Shown in pieces: positions 1 to 9,930 of a stretch of 64,000 nt of DNA. The notes beneath the pieces were generated by a model. It was given only the letters and a program-made list of their open reading frames with translations, had not been told where the DNA came from and searched no databases. The stretch covers positions 4,704,001 to 4,768,000 of the forward strand of contig OZ244587.1 in the NCBI GenBank assembly GCA_965218095.1. Reading direction: 5' to 3'. The stretch comes from Candidatus Poribacteria bacterium. GTDB taxonomy: Bacteria; Poribacteria; WGA-4E; PCPOR2b. The position numbers and the translations under genes were made by a program. Within the stretch, counting starts at the first letter, position 1; each line of letters begins with the position of its first letter.

Positions 1-109
1 TGCTTCCTACCCTGCCGTTTCCGACAACGCGGTTAAGATAAGGCTTGCAATTGTAAGCTATTGCTGATGGATTTCCACCATCAGTACATTATGCCACCCA
101 GAAACGCAC
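1..109 (-). mobile_element. Probable group II intron, 5' end (domain I start); runs off the left edge of the window
   Basis: The minus strand reads GTGCG (canonical 5' end) at 109, then a CTGATGG-TGGAAAT-CCATCAG hairpin, then TAACC..TGTCG-GAAA-CGGCA..GGAAGC (IC1-like GNRA stem with an AAGC bulge). Confidence 0.65.
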
Positions 110-227
110 AACGTTTTGGATAGTGTGTCCGTGGATGCTTGGCCTCTTATGTGTTAATCCGGTGGCATCATGCTGTCGGTATGGGGGATTGACACCAGTT
201 GCTGCGAGCAAGATTAACCCTCAAGAT

Positions 228-1985
228 TCATCGACGCGCCGACGCAACCGTGTCGAGCTTCTCGATCAATTCGGCGATCCTGTTGCGAGCGGCCATGAGT
301 TGGTCATTCGTCGGCATAGGACGAGGCCCCTCTTGGTAAATGGTACCGCCGCTGATGTGCTTAGGGACAGCAAGCCATCTTTGGGCCTCCACAATCGCTC
401 GGCCGGTTTTCGGGTCAACACGGGGGAGTCTACTCGCTTGGACGACCGCAGACTCAAGCAGCTTGAGATATTCGTAGTCCTCCATTCCTTCCCGGAAGGC
501 CTCAAAAGCAACGGCCTTCAATATCTCCACGGGATTGTCGGGACCAGCATGAGGATTATTCGGGGCCGCATGGGGATAGCATGGCGCCCAGTCGTAGCCC
601 GCCGGTTTATCATCGACCGGAAACGGCCTCTTGGCCCACGCTGCTTGTTGGGTCAGGGACCAGTGCAGTACGCCGTCCAGTTTGGCCCTGTAAATCCCCC
701 AAAATATCGCTCGAGCATAGATGCTGGCCCTGCTGAGGTTGTAACCCATCACCTTGCAACCCCATGAATGGAACAGATCGACTGTCTCAGGATGCAGCAG
801 ATCGAATTTACAGGCAATCCAATCAACGTTTCTTATCTGTCCATGCTCTTTCCAGAGTGGATGGTGCATGGCCATCATGGTGGTTATGCCGCCGTATCGC
901 CGCTTGAGATCCGCGTGGATCTTTTCCTGGGCAGGCAACCACTCAGTTATCGGTTCGTCAAAACCATAGAGAAAACAGTGATCAATCAATCCCGCCTCTT
1001 TTAGCTTTGCGATCGGTTCGTCCAACTTGTTATAAAGCCTCTGTCGCTCGGCATCTGTTACATCGACAACCTTGCCCTGCTCGTTGTACTTAAAGGGTCT
1101 ATGCTGTCTGCTGACACGCATAAGGCTCACTAAATTCGCTCCAGATTCAACCCGCCTGCAGACTCTTCTAACTGATGGCGCGTTTTCGTGATTGTAAATT
1201 CGCCCGGGGGAAAACCTGTGGGCCGCCGCCATATCATCAATCATGTTCATAAATTCTTCACTGGTAGCACCACCATCGGTATAAGACGTAACGACAGGAA
1301 GTGAAGGTGGTTTAGGAAGAGTAAAATCGCGTACCGTCAGGTCAACTGTAACGCCCATGGAACCGAAGTGGTCAACCTCGATCATGATTTTGCCGCGATA
1401 ACTTCCAGGCGGCGTTTCGGGTGGAACGTACACAGTAACCCAGACAACATGTTGAAAACCAGGATATACATCAAATTTCTTGATGTCCGGACGCAGATAG
1501 AATGGTACGGTAAGAAACCGGTCTTCATCGCCCTCCATGGCGGCTTCGTTGGTGATCCGCCGGTAACCCATCGGGGCAATCTCGACGTGCCTAGAGTCAA
1601 TCTGGCCTGGACCATTCTTCTGCACAAGCGGCCCCGCCTTGATGCGTGCCGTAGTTAAGGGATCGTCCTTGGGCAGCAGGATAAACGCAAATGGCTCATA
1701 CTCGTTGCGGGCAGCGGTGATGTCTACTTTCTGTCCAAGAACGCCGGCGTAACTTCGAGACTGATAAAGAAAATCGTAGGCGTGAGGGTGAAGATGATGC
1801 TTCTTGTAATATGGCTGGATCAACGCCGCAGAGGGATGAGTAATAATACCTATTCCAAATGGCGCGCCCGGAAATTCCTGATCGAGTCGTTTACGCAGTG
1901 GAGTCTGGGCTTGTAAGACGTCAGCAACAAGCGAGATACTCATCAGCCCAAAAGCAAAACCGATTGCCAATGATTTCTTCTTCAT
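228..1985 (-). CDS. Secreted glycoside-hydrolase-like protein (GH123/DUF4091-like)
   Basis: Signal peptide MKKKSLAIGFAFGLM with an AAAGGA RBS; motifs ARNEYEPF, VWVTVYVP..PGSYRG, FDEP and C-terminal REGMEDYEYL. Confidence 0.7.
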   Translation of the reverse strand: MKKKSLAIGFAFGLMSISLVADVLQAQTPLRKRLDQEFPGAPFGIGIITHPSAALIQPYYKKHHLHPHAYDFLYQSRSYAGVLGQKVDITAARNEYEPFAFILLPKDDPLTTARIKAGPLVQKNGPGQIDSRHVEIAPMGYRRITNEAAMEGDEDRFLTVPFYLRPDIKKFDVYPGFQHVVWVTVYVPPETPPGSYRGKIMIEVDHFGSMGVTVDLTVRDFTLPKPPSLPVVTSYTDGGATSEEFMNMIDDMAAAHRFSPGRIYNHENAPSVRRVCRRVESGANLVSLMRVSRQHRPFKYNEQGKVVDVTDAERQRLYNKLDEPIAKLKEAGLIDHCFLYGFDEPITEWLPAQEKIHADLKRRYGGITTMMAMHHPLWKEHGQIRNVDWIACKFDLLHPETVDLFHSWGCKVMGYNLSRASIYARAIFWGIYRAKLDGVLHWSLTQQAAWAKRPFPVDDKPAGYDWAPCYPHAAPNNPHAGPDNPVEILKAVAFEAFREGMEDYEYLKLLESAVVQASRLPRVDPKTGRAIVEAQRWLAVPKHISGGTIYQEGPRPMPTNDQLMAARNRIAELIEKLDTVASARR

Positions 1986-2070
1986 TTCTACAAAATTCCT
2001 TTCTGTTTGAAATTTACTTAGCACCTGCCAACAAACCGCCATCAACGCCGACATCCGTCCAAAGCTGCCC

Positions 2071-3357
2071 TTACACTTCCGGCACGTTCATGTCAGCCAG
2101 CCACTCATCGGTAATCCGCTTCCCCAGCAGAAAGTGCTTCCGGTCCGGGTACCAGAGGATGCGCTTTCCGTTGTGCTCCGTGAGGCTATCATAGGTCCCC
2201 ATTTCCGTGCGGTTCTGTACGCCTGCGGATACACCGTCGCTGTCGGCAAGCAGCTTCGGTGGGCTGAACCAGATGGGCTGGCGAGCCTTCGGCCGGTACG
2301 CCCCAACCGAAAGGAAGAGCGACCGTCGGCTAAAGCTATAGGGACGCGCCCACATCGGCTGTGGACCGCTACTCGCGCTGCCGTCGTTATTGTGATATTG
2401 CTGTAAGAAGCGACCATCTTCCAAAGCAAAGAGCGGGGGTGGACTACCCGGGTTTAGAACCCGCTCTCCACCATCCTGGTAGCGCAATGGCTCAGGCTGG
2501 CGCCACGTGGCTCCATCATCTTCGGAGATGGTGTGCCACACACTGCCTACTCCTGTGCGGAACACCGTGAACAGCCGCCCGTCGGGCAATAGAACGGGGC
2601 ACGGCTCCATCCCGCCTTTGGGCAAGCCGGTGATTGGCGACTCCGGCAGCCAGGTAATCTGGAGCTCTTTGGGGTTAGGACCTTCATCAATGTTGTCAAA
2701 ACGCATGAACTCCAGAAAGGCGCGATCCTTCGGATACCGGTCGTTATAGTGGTTCCAGCGTCCGTAGGCCCAGAGCTGGCGGCCCTTCGCGTCGCGAATC
2801 GCATTGGCCCAACCGACCCATAATGACGGAATCTTCGGATCCGGATGGTCCCACGGTCGCCGCTTCATCGGAATCTCTACAGGCAGCGTCCATGTCTTCC
2901 CCTCGTCATCGGAATACCGGCACCGCATCACGCCGTGCGTGTTACTATTGAAGTCACAGTGCTCCTGCCGCTTGATATAGAAGACGTAGATGCGCCCTGA
3001 GTTGCTGACAATGGGAAAGCCGTAGAAGGCACAGTGGTATCGCGCCTCGTTGGGGCCATCGATCTCGTATGGCTGGCTCCAGGTCTCTCCTTCATCTTCA
3101 CTACGCGCCATCATGACGCAGGAGTTGTCGGCCGCCTCGTAAGTCCCCTGGCACCAGGTCCCAATCAAATTCCCCTTGGTTGTCACCACCACCAGGAAAT
3201 GCACGTTGTCCGTGTCGTGACGGATGAACCGCTGAGGCAGGTAGACAACGTAATCCGGGTTGCTTCGCTTCCACTCGTCGGTGTAAGAGCGCGGTTCTCC
3301 CTCGTCATACGTGACAGCTTGCCCAATAGATCCAAACTTCAGCGTGTATCTTCCCAT
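2071..3357 (-). CDS. BNR/Asp-box sialidase-family beta-propeller protein
   Basis: Asp boxes SEDEGETW, SDDEGKTW, SEDDGATW; no signal peptide. Confidence 0.8.
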   Translation of the reverse strand: MGRYTLKFGSIGQAVTYDEGEPRSYTDEWKRSNPDYVVYLPQRFIRHDTDNVHFLVVVTTKGNLIGTWCQGTYEAADNSCVMMARSEDEGETWSQPYEIDGPNEARYHCAFYGFPIVSNSGRIYVFYIKRQEHCDFNSNTHGVMRCRYSDDEGKTWTLPVEIPMKRRPWDHPDPKIPSLWVGWANAIRDAKGRQLWAYGRWNHYNDRYPKDRAFLEFMRFDNIDEGPNPKELQITWLPESPITGLPKGGMEPCPVLLPDGRLFTVFRTGVGSVWHTISEDDGATWRQPEPLRYQDGGERVLNPGSPPPLFALEDGRFLQQYHNNDGSASSGPQPMWARPYSFSRRSLFLSVGAYRPKARQPIWFSPPKLLADSDGVSAGVQNRTEMGTYDSLTEHNGKRILWYPDRKHFLLGKRITDEWLADMNVPEV

Positions 3358-3393
3358 CGAAATCCCCCTTACCCATATCAGAAGTGAATGCCA

Positions 3394-3424
3394 CTGACTT
3401 AAGCGGATTTGTCCCTTAAGTCAG
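3394..3424. repeat. Inverted repeat CTGACTTAAG-N11-CTTAAGTCAG
   Basis: Perfect 10-bp arms just upstream of the 2071-3357 gene. Confidence 0.6.
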
Positions 3425-3429
3425 CGCCA

Positions 3430-3645
3430 CTCAGGTTTACACGGTACTGCGGAATGGTAACGTGAAATGCACTTGCCCCGATCATGAAGCGGAAATCTGC
3501 AAGCACGGATTGAGCGTCCTAATCCAGGATGAACGGGAATGCGAAACAGCATGGATAGCAGCATACGAGGCAGATCGGCTTGCTTACTATCCCGAACAGT
3601 ATGAACGAGTTTCGATACGCCCTTCGGGCTACTCAACCCTGATAG
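3430..3645 (+). pseudogene. SWIM zinc-finger protein remnant
   Basis: YTVLRNGNVK-CTCPDHEAEICKH matches C-x-C-xn-C-x-H; no clear start or RBS. Confidence 0.5.
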
Positions 3646-3706
3646 ATCGAGGCAGACTTGGCGTAAGTTGTTGCCTCCTATCTGCCGACGTGTACTCGTC
3701 TCATTA

Positions 3707-4636
3707 TCAGATTTTTGCCTTGACGGTGTTGAGAGGTGAATATCTGTAGGCTAAATCATGGCCTTCTCGCAAAACCGTAATCTGCCTTTCCACATAACCA
3801 AGATTCTGTGGATCTAGCTTGAATTCCTCCAGGGTCGGGTTGTACTCAAAGGGCACCTCATCGGCAGTTTCAGGTAGCCTAGCGCGGCTCTCAATTGCCT
3901 TAAGCATCACGCTGATCCATAAGCGCACGTAGTCCGCATCCCACTGCCCGCTGCGACTGAGCATCTCTTCAATTGTGAAGAAGGCGAAGTAAATCACCCG
4001 CCGCATCGCTTTGCCCCGAGTCGCTCGTGAGCCGTGGAGCAGGTTGGGACTGTGTAACAGGACATCTCCGGGCTCAGTGACCACTGGAATCGCCCCGGGT
4101 AGCATAAATCCATGCTCATCGAACATATCCTGCAGGTCAAAGCCCTGCCACAGATGGCTTCCCGGCACGACGTATAGACACCCATTCTCCGGTGTAGCAG
4201 CATCGAGGTAGACATCAACATCGAAAGGAGGCTGGACACGGACGTTTCCTGGATCGCGATGCCATGGAACTGGTACGCCATACTTGGGCAATTTGACGAC
4301 CATCGCGTCCTGCCAGGTGACGATGTTGGGACCGTGGATAGATTCGGCAATGCCCAGGAGGTGAGGGTGGCCGTATAAGGCGAAAAAGGCGTCGTCTTTG
4401 GTGTACATTCCGTTGATACGCCGCAAGACCCGATTGCCCGTTACAGGATCCATGCTATATAAGTAATCGCCATTTGGCGGGGTGACTTGCTTGCAGTAGT
4501 CGATCATTTTCAACGTCTCCACGTCCAGGCGATCTAGTTCCCAAGGATCTATCATGTGCTTCAGGTGGAGATATCCGTTCTCCGCAAAGAAGCAGACCTG
4601 TTCTTGTGTAAGCATGCCATGGTGCTGCTTCGACAT
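3707..4636 (-). CDS. Phytanoyl-CoA dioxygenase (PhyH) family Fe(II)/2OG dioxygenase
   Basis: WHRD, LDAATPENGCLYVVPGSH, LLHGS; GAGGAGG RBS before ATG 4636. Confidence 0.9.
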   Translation of the reverse strand: MSKQHHGMLTQEQVCFFAENGYLHLKHMIDPWELDRLDVETLKMIDYCKQVTPPNGDYLYSMDPVTGNRVLRRINGMYTKDDAFFALYGHPHLLGIAESIHGPNIVTWQDAMVVKLPKYGVPVPWHRDPGNVRVQPPFDVDVYLDAATPENGCLYVVPGSHLWQGFDLQDMFDEHGFMLPGAIPVVTEPGDVLLHSPNLLHGSRATRGKAMRRVIYFAFFTIEEMLSRSGQWDADYVRLWISVMLKAIESRARLPETADEVPFEYNPTLEEFKLDPQNLGYVERQITVLREGHDLAYRYSPLNTVKAKI

Positions 4637-4799
4637 GTGAGACCTCCTCATGTTTTATTAAGGTTCAGGATGAGTTGATAAGAATGGACGAGATCGCCAT
4701 GACACTCCTGTTCCTTGCGGACCTCCACAGCAACCTCCTCTGGCCACAGACAGTAGATCTTGCCCGGTCTTGTAAACTTCTTGTCCAGGATGATATTGC

Positions 4800-5627
4800 C
4801 TACTTCCCTTGAGATATGGGCTCATAAAGGTCAGTCCGCCGAACTCTATATACATTATCGACGTTAGATATCCCTCCAGCTTTGAACTTCGCCTGTTCCT
4901 CCAGGTCTACCTTTGCGAAAACGAATGACTCGGCACTCCCAGCAACATCAAAAGGTTCTCCATGGGCGTCAACAAAGATACTGCCCCCGCCCCGCCGCTC
5001 TCCGTTTTCCACGATCCGGACACGGTTGCAAGTGAAGAAAGGAACAAGGTTCCAGCGAGCATTCAGTTTAGCCACTGTGCTGCGGTCGCCGCAGTTCATC
5101 AGCCAGAAAATAGCCCTGGCACCTTGCAGTACCAGAGATCTCGGTACTTCGGGGAATTCACCGTCGAAGCAAATCATAACCCCGATCCTTCCGAATCGGG
5201 TATCGAAAAGACCGAGTTTACGACCCGGTGAGTAGATCTCTTGTTCATTGTCGGTTGCCCTTCGCTCAGGGCTGCACTCCATGACCAAGTGAGTTTTATC
5301 ATACGTGCCAAGTATTTGCCCTTGATCTATCAGAACAACACTGTTATAGAGACCTCTACCTGCTGGATCGCGCCTTGCCAAACCGAAAAGTATCATGAGC
5401 CCATGCGCTCGGGAGTAGTGGCAGAATCTGTCCGTTGCCGGACCGGGGACATCCTCAGCTAACGGGTTCATGTCTGCTGATGCACCGTAAACCGCAAATC
5501 CTTCTGGAAACAGAACTACATCCGGCTGGTAGAGTTTGATGCCCAATTCGAGTAGATTGTATGCACGCTCATAGTTTTCGTGCACTTTACCCTTTTCCAC
5601 ATGCAGTTGAATTGCCAAAACCCTCAT
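4800..5627 (-). CDS. Carbon-nitrogen hydrolase (nitrilase/amidase superfamily)
   Basis: E-K-C triad in FPEG, YDKTHL, ICFDGEFPE; C-terminal RRTDLY. Confidence 0.92.
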   Translation of the reverse strand: MRVLAIQLHVEKGKVHENYERAYNLLELGIKLYQPDVVLFPEGFAVYGASADMNPLAEDVPGPATDRFCHYSRAHGLMILFGLARRDPAGRGLYNSVVLIDQGQILGTYDKTHLVMECSPERRATDNEQEIYSPGRKLGLFDTRFGRIGVMICFDGEFPEVPRSLVLQGARAIFWLMNCGDRSTVAKLNARWNLVPFFTCNRVRIVENGERRGGGSIFVDAHGEPFDVAGSAESFVFAKVDLEEQAKFKAGGISNVDNVYRVRRTDLYEPISQGK

Positions 5628-5723
5628 CTCTTGTGCACTCCTTTCAAAAGCTCAATCTATCATCAAGGCAAGCCCCATATCATGCCTGTTTGCGCCTTTC
5701 TGGGAGATTGGTATTCCTGTCTG

Positions 5724-6368
5724 CTACCACATGGACATTACCTCTTCTGAATCGAACGCATAGTAGACGCGCGCCATCCACGCCAGCGCACCAAATTGGC
5801 CTTCGCTATCTTGGGGACTTACACAATCCCTGACAATGACTGGATAGTATCCACGATGCGCTGTATCCATGGCTGTGTAGAGGACACACCCGCCGGTGGA
5901 AGTTCCAGTTATGACCAGGCTTCTCATTCCATGTGTGTGGAGAATGTCATCCAGAGGTGTATGGTACATAGCACTGCCGCGACTCTTCCGGATGACGACA
6001 TCGCCGCCCTGTGGCGCCAGCGCATCGACTGTCTGTGCTTCCCAAGTTCCTTCAATGACGTCGGACACGAAGGTTTTGCCACGGTGGCAGCAGACATTGG
6101 GGCCATTCATCAGTGTTACCCCCTGCTTGTTACGATGAATGAACTCTGCATAGATGACGAGAACGCCAGCTTGCCTTGCCGAGGTCAGCAAACGCTGAAT
6201 TCCGGGAACGATGGAGGCTCGATGAGAGACGCCGCTCCCATGTTTCGCATAGCCTCCCCCTTTGGCAGCGATCTCGTTTTGCATATCAACAACGATAACC
6301 GCGGTTCGGGTTGGATCGACCAGTTCTTCTATCGTGGTCAGTACCTCAACGCCATTGACGATCTCCAT
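5724..6368 (-). CDS. Isochorismatase-family cysteine hydrolase
   Basis: TAVIVVDMQN, K-S-R-G-S-A, GTSTGGCV triad motifs. Confidence 0.92.
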   Translation of the reverse strand: MEIVNGVEVLTTIEELVDPTRTAVIVVDMQNEIAAKGGGYAKHGSGVSHRASIVPGIQRLLTSARQAGVLVIYAEFIHRNKQGVTLMNGPNVCCHRGKTFVSDVIEGTWEAQTVDALAPQGGDVVIRKSRGSAMYHTPLDDILHTHGMRSLVITGTSTGGCVLYTAMDTAHRGYYPVIVRDCVSPQDSEGQFGALAWMARVYYAFDSEEVMSMW

Positions 6369-6735
6369 TGATGATTCTCCTTCCTTGAGCCTATGGTTTA
6401 GATTATCAAGGAAAATCCCTGAACGATTCTGAGAAAACTTAGGAATTCTCTATACTTCCCGTTAATGCCTTTTGTGACCAGTTTAGGTCTAACTTATGCC
6501 CTGATTAAGCTATGCTACTACAGTGTACTACATAGCTTCTTGGTGTTCATTGACTTGCAACCTTTATAAAATCCGTTTCCAGCAACGCAGTTAAAGTAAG
6601 ACATGCGGAGGCAAGTTCGCCCAACGTCAACATTGACTGGATATTGACGCTGCCTATTGGGAGCCAGAATTTCACCGACATAGCATCAACGCTCGTTAAA
6701 GCGTACCACAGACGCGACAGTAGTTGCAGTCTACA

Positions 6736-8574
6736 TTACCAGTAAAATGTTTCATCAGACACAAAGCGACTTGCTTTCTTCCAATGCGTCACAGCGTCAC
6801 GATACTCCGACCGCTGATACAACGGGTCTATCTGCCCTGGTGGCTCAATGGCTACCACTTCGTTTCCTTTGCGCACGATGTTGTAGGCATGTTTCTGAAT
6901 GTGTATCTTTTCCGCCCGCTCCGCGATGGGGAAGGTGAGCGTCACCAGGTCGCCAGATTCAGTTCGGCCAACCTGCGCGTAGCGGCCCTCCCAACCTAAC
7001 ACTTGCTCTTTGCCATTGACTGCACACGCTGTTTCCTCTGGGGAGACCCACTCTGGAATACGTATCTCCAAGCTCACACCCTGTTTCACCTTCACATCAA
7101 CCCGTCCTTCATAGGGTATATGACTGTCCACGTCAGCCCAGGGTGAAGGGCGGTTCATCAGCAGGTTCACCGATAACTTGCCATCCTTGTGCGTAAGCAT
7201 ATGTTCCCAAATATAGTAGAGCGCCCGAGTACCTTGAAATGTACAGCACACCATAACCACGCTATGCCGTCCCCCAAACCCGTCGTTAGGATTAGGCCAA
7301 CCCCGGAACATCCCAACCACACGCTCGGTGACGTGGTCGGCGTTCTCAATGACCACATCCATCGGACGGTGTGCCTGGCGCTGCCACCCGGCATCTGGAC
7401 CCAGCCATGCCTGCCTGTTGGCCCAATCAAGAGGCCGGATAATCTGATTCTCAGCAAACTGATTCCTGATCCAACGATCCACGTCATCCCAATGGTCACC
7501 TTCTCCAATCGCCGTGAGCCGCAGCCCCATGCTGATGAGATCAGCCAATCCGCAGGTCTCACACGTCTGAAAGTTCTCTCGCCACAACAACTCTGGGAAG
7601 AAACCCAGAATTGTGTTCCCGGAGTTGCGTGCAAAGTCGAATCCATCTTTGACAAAATCAATCATATCCCGATTGTCCCCGCTAGCGGCCAGTGCGTAAT
7701 CGAGTATTTCAAACAAGCAGTGGACATGGGCGTAGAAATGGGCTTCCGGGAGTGGCTGGCGCTGACAATCTAGAAACTCCCCGTGGGGGCCGAAAAAGTT
7801 TGCGTGATCCTTGATCCCTCTCGCCAGTTTGCCCGCTAACTTGAGAGCAGGCTCATAACCGGTCTCTCGGAAAAAGTGCGTCAACCCATAGACTACCCAA
7901 CCACCATGAGAGACTCGATGAGGGATCGGCATGGTTGGATCCTTCGAGGGAATAAAACTCTGGGAAAAATACGCGTAGTCACCCTTGTCTACGACGTTAG
8001 CGGCCAAACCGTGGACAATCTTTTCTCCGGTCTTCTTCCAAAGGGCGTCGCCGGTGAGATGATAGTAAACCGCTAACGCTGCGAGGGCCCATCCATTCAG
8101 AATCACATCTGCATAGTCGCTGGTGGCTTCTCCGTGGGTAAGCCCTCCTTTAAAGGCCAGCCATGGCCGGCCGTCAATCTTGGTCCACAACAATCCGTCC
8201 GGCCCTTGCATGTGCAGGAGCACCTTCGCCCAATGTTCTTCGATGTGTTCATTCAGACCACTTCCACTGATTAGGCGTGCCAACGGCAGGGCAGCATGAA
8301 ACCCGACCTGGTTATGGATATCATTCGGGCGGTGCGTCATGAACGGCGGGTTGGAACCTATGGTGACCCACCAATAGAGATCATAATCCTTTTCTGGATC
8401 GGTAATGCCCGTCAAGCCATGCACCGCCAGATCTGCCCGCTCCTGTATGTCAAAGGTCGCTGGAACCAGTGTTTGATAGCACTGTCCGGGGTACGATGGT
8501 AGATCAAAAGATGGAATGCTGTCACGCATATATGTGAAATGCATTTTGCTGTGCTCCTTTCTCTGGTGGCTCAT
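6736..8574 (-). CDS. GH127/GH146-like (alpha/alpha)6 glycoside hydrolase
   Basis: CETC and CCT cysteine motifs; C-terminal beta-sandwich PYEG..IRIPEW..GDLVTLTFP. The start may be 8544. Confidence 0.65.
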   Translation of the reverse strand: MSHQRKEHSKMHFTYMRDSIPSFDLPSYPGQCYQTLVPATFDIQERADLAVHGLTGITDPEKDYDLYWWVTIGSNPPFMTHRPNDIHNQVGFHAALPLARLISGSGLNEHIEEHWAKVLLHMQGPDGLLWTKIDGRPWLAFKGGLTHGEATSDYADVILNGWALAALAVYYHLTGDALWKKTGEKIVHGLAANVVDKGDYAYFSQSFIPSKDPTMPIPHRVSHGGWVVYGLTHFFRETGYEPALKLAGKLARGIKDHANFFGPHGEFLDCQRQPLPEAHFYAHVHCLFEILDYALAASGDNRDMIDFVKDGFDFARNSGNTILGFFPELLWRENFQTCETCGLADLISMGLRLTAIGEGDHWDDVDRWIRNQFAENQIIRPLDWANRQAWLGPDAGWQRQAHRPMDVVIENADHVTERVVGMFRGWPNPNDGFGGRHSVVMVCCTFQGTRALYYIWEHMLTHKDGKLSVNLLMNRPSPWADVDSHIPYEGRVDVKVKQGVSLEIRIPEWVSPEETACAVNGKEQVLGWEGRYAQVGRTESGDLVTLTFPIAERAEKIHIQKHAYNIVRKGNEVVAIEPPGQIDPLYQRSEYRDAVTHWKKASRFVSDETFYW

Positions 8575-8605
8575 AATGTTGGTGATTCACATACTTAACT
8601 TCTTA

Positions 8606-9793
8606 TCACAGGCGGAAGAAACTCCCGGCGATGTGGCGTGTCCCACCGAAATTGTTGCCGTCGTCTTGCATGAAGTAGTAGGCGGTGAAGATCCGCCCAT
8701 CGTCCAGTTGCGTGGCGACCGGATAACCCAAATCCCCACCGCTGCCATCATCGCGGAGGGTGACCTCCGCTGACCAGGTTGCCCCATCGTCTTCACTGAC
8801 GAGCACCCCGATCCCGGACGGTGGCTTGCGGCGTGCGAATACTACCACGATCCGGCCATCACGCAGTCGAATCGGCCAGGGTGAGCGGTAATGCACCCCG
8901 CCACGCACTGCGTCTGGTTTACGGCGGGCGGCCCAGGGCGATTGTCCCCAGGCCACAATTGGCTTTGGCTCGCTCCAATTATAGCCACCATCGTCGGAGT
9001 ACGCCATTTGAATCGCGTTACGGATGCCACCGATGTTGAGCATGTAGCACTGCAACCGCCCACTAGGCAGCAGAAGCAAGCCAGCGTAAGTCGGCCGCCC
9101 CAGACCTGTGGGGTCGTGTGCTACTTCGGCCAGATACTCCCAAGTGAGGCCGTTGTCATCGGTGCCGTACACCGCCGTGGCATTTCTGCCCCCGGCCTCA
9201 CTGCTACCAATGTGTGCCACTGCCATCTGCGTGCCGTCAAGGAACTTCGCCAGCGAGCATCCATCCACATGCACATATTTAAGCGCTGGTGGTGGGGATA
9301 CCCGCGTCGGGACGGTCTCCCACGTCTGGCCGCGGTCGGCGGAGCGGAAGGCGAAGCATTCCAGAGTTGGTTGCCCGTTGGTGTCCTCCCGGCCCGTCAG
9401 CGGGCGGGCGAAGTAGATCGCCGCGTCCGGGCTGGCGAGGTCGATCTGTTCGCGGGTCACACCCGGCTCGTCAGCCCGCCACAAGATGGCGCGCTTCTCT
9501 TCCAAAGGGCGCGAGTCATCCCAGATCGCCACGTCATTTCCGCGGGGCCAGGTCTCGCCGTGGTCGCGCGATCGCTGGAGCAGGATCTGGGCCCGGCCTT
9601 TGTAGCCGGTTTGACCATGCTGGATGCTCTCCCGGGTCTGATAGGTGGCAGGTGCATGGTGGTGAATCACGACAATTTCGCCGTTGCCGTAGTTGTAGAT
9701 TGGGCACTGTCGGGGATGCCCGCAGTAGGTGTCCTTGCTGTAGCAGAGCTTGATATGATGCACATCTGTAAGCTCTGGCGTGATACGGTTCAT
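8606..9793 (-). CDS. BNR/Asp-box sialidase-like protein, paralog A
   Basis: Five Asp boxes (SRDHGETW, SADRGQTW, TDDNGLTW, SDDGGYNW, SEDDGATW) and DLGYP..IFTAYY. Confidence 0.88.
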   Translation of the reverse strand: MNRITPELTDVHHIKLCYSKDTYCGHPRQCPIYNYGNGEIVVIHHHAPATYQTRESIQHGQTGYKGRAQILLQRSRDHGETWPRGNDVAIWDDSRPLEEKRAILWRADEPGVTREQIDLASPDAAIYFARPLTGREDTNGQPTLECFAFRSADRGQTWETVPTRVSPPPALKYVHVDGCSLAKFLDGTQMAVAHIGSSEAGGRNATAVYGTDDNGLTWEYLAEVAHDPTGLGRPTYAGLLLLPSGRLQCYMLNIGGIRNAIQMAYSDDGGYNWSEPKPIVAWGQSPWAARRKPDAVRGGVHYRSPWPIRLRDGRIVVVFARRKPPSGIGVLVSEDDGATWSAEVTLRDDGSGGDLGYPVATQLDDGRIFTAYYFMQDDGNNFGGTRHIAGSFFRL

Positions 9794-9930
9794 CGTGGCT
9801 CCTCTCATCCTCTAGTCTCTACCTGGCGGTGGAGTCTGGTGAAATTGGCATAATTGGTGCACGTTGCTTCTTCATTCAATCGAAGTCAGGCTATTGGCAT
9901 CGATAGCCCCCTGAACTTCAGGATTGGCTT

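Noticed and set aside
105-200. attC site as the intron target
   Set aside because: A GTTGTGC core-like heptamer is present, but I found no complementary inverse core or L boxes.
8891-9853. Long antisense ORFs (also 18656-19534, 40834-41631, 60006-60704 and others)
   Set aside because: Shadows of well-supported genes on the opposite strand; no RBS or motifs.
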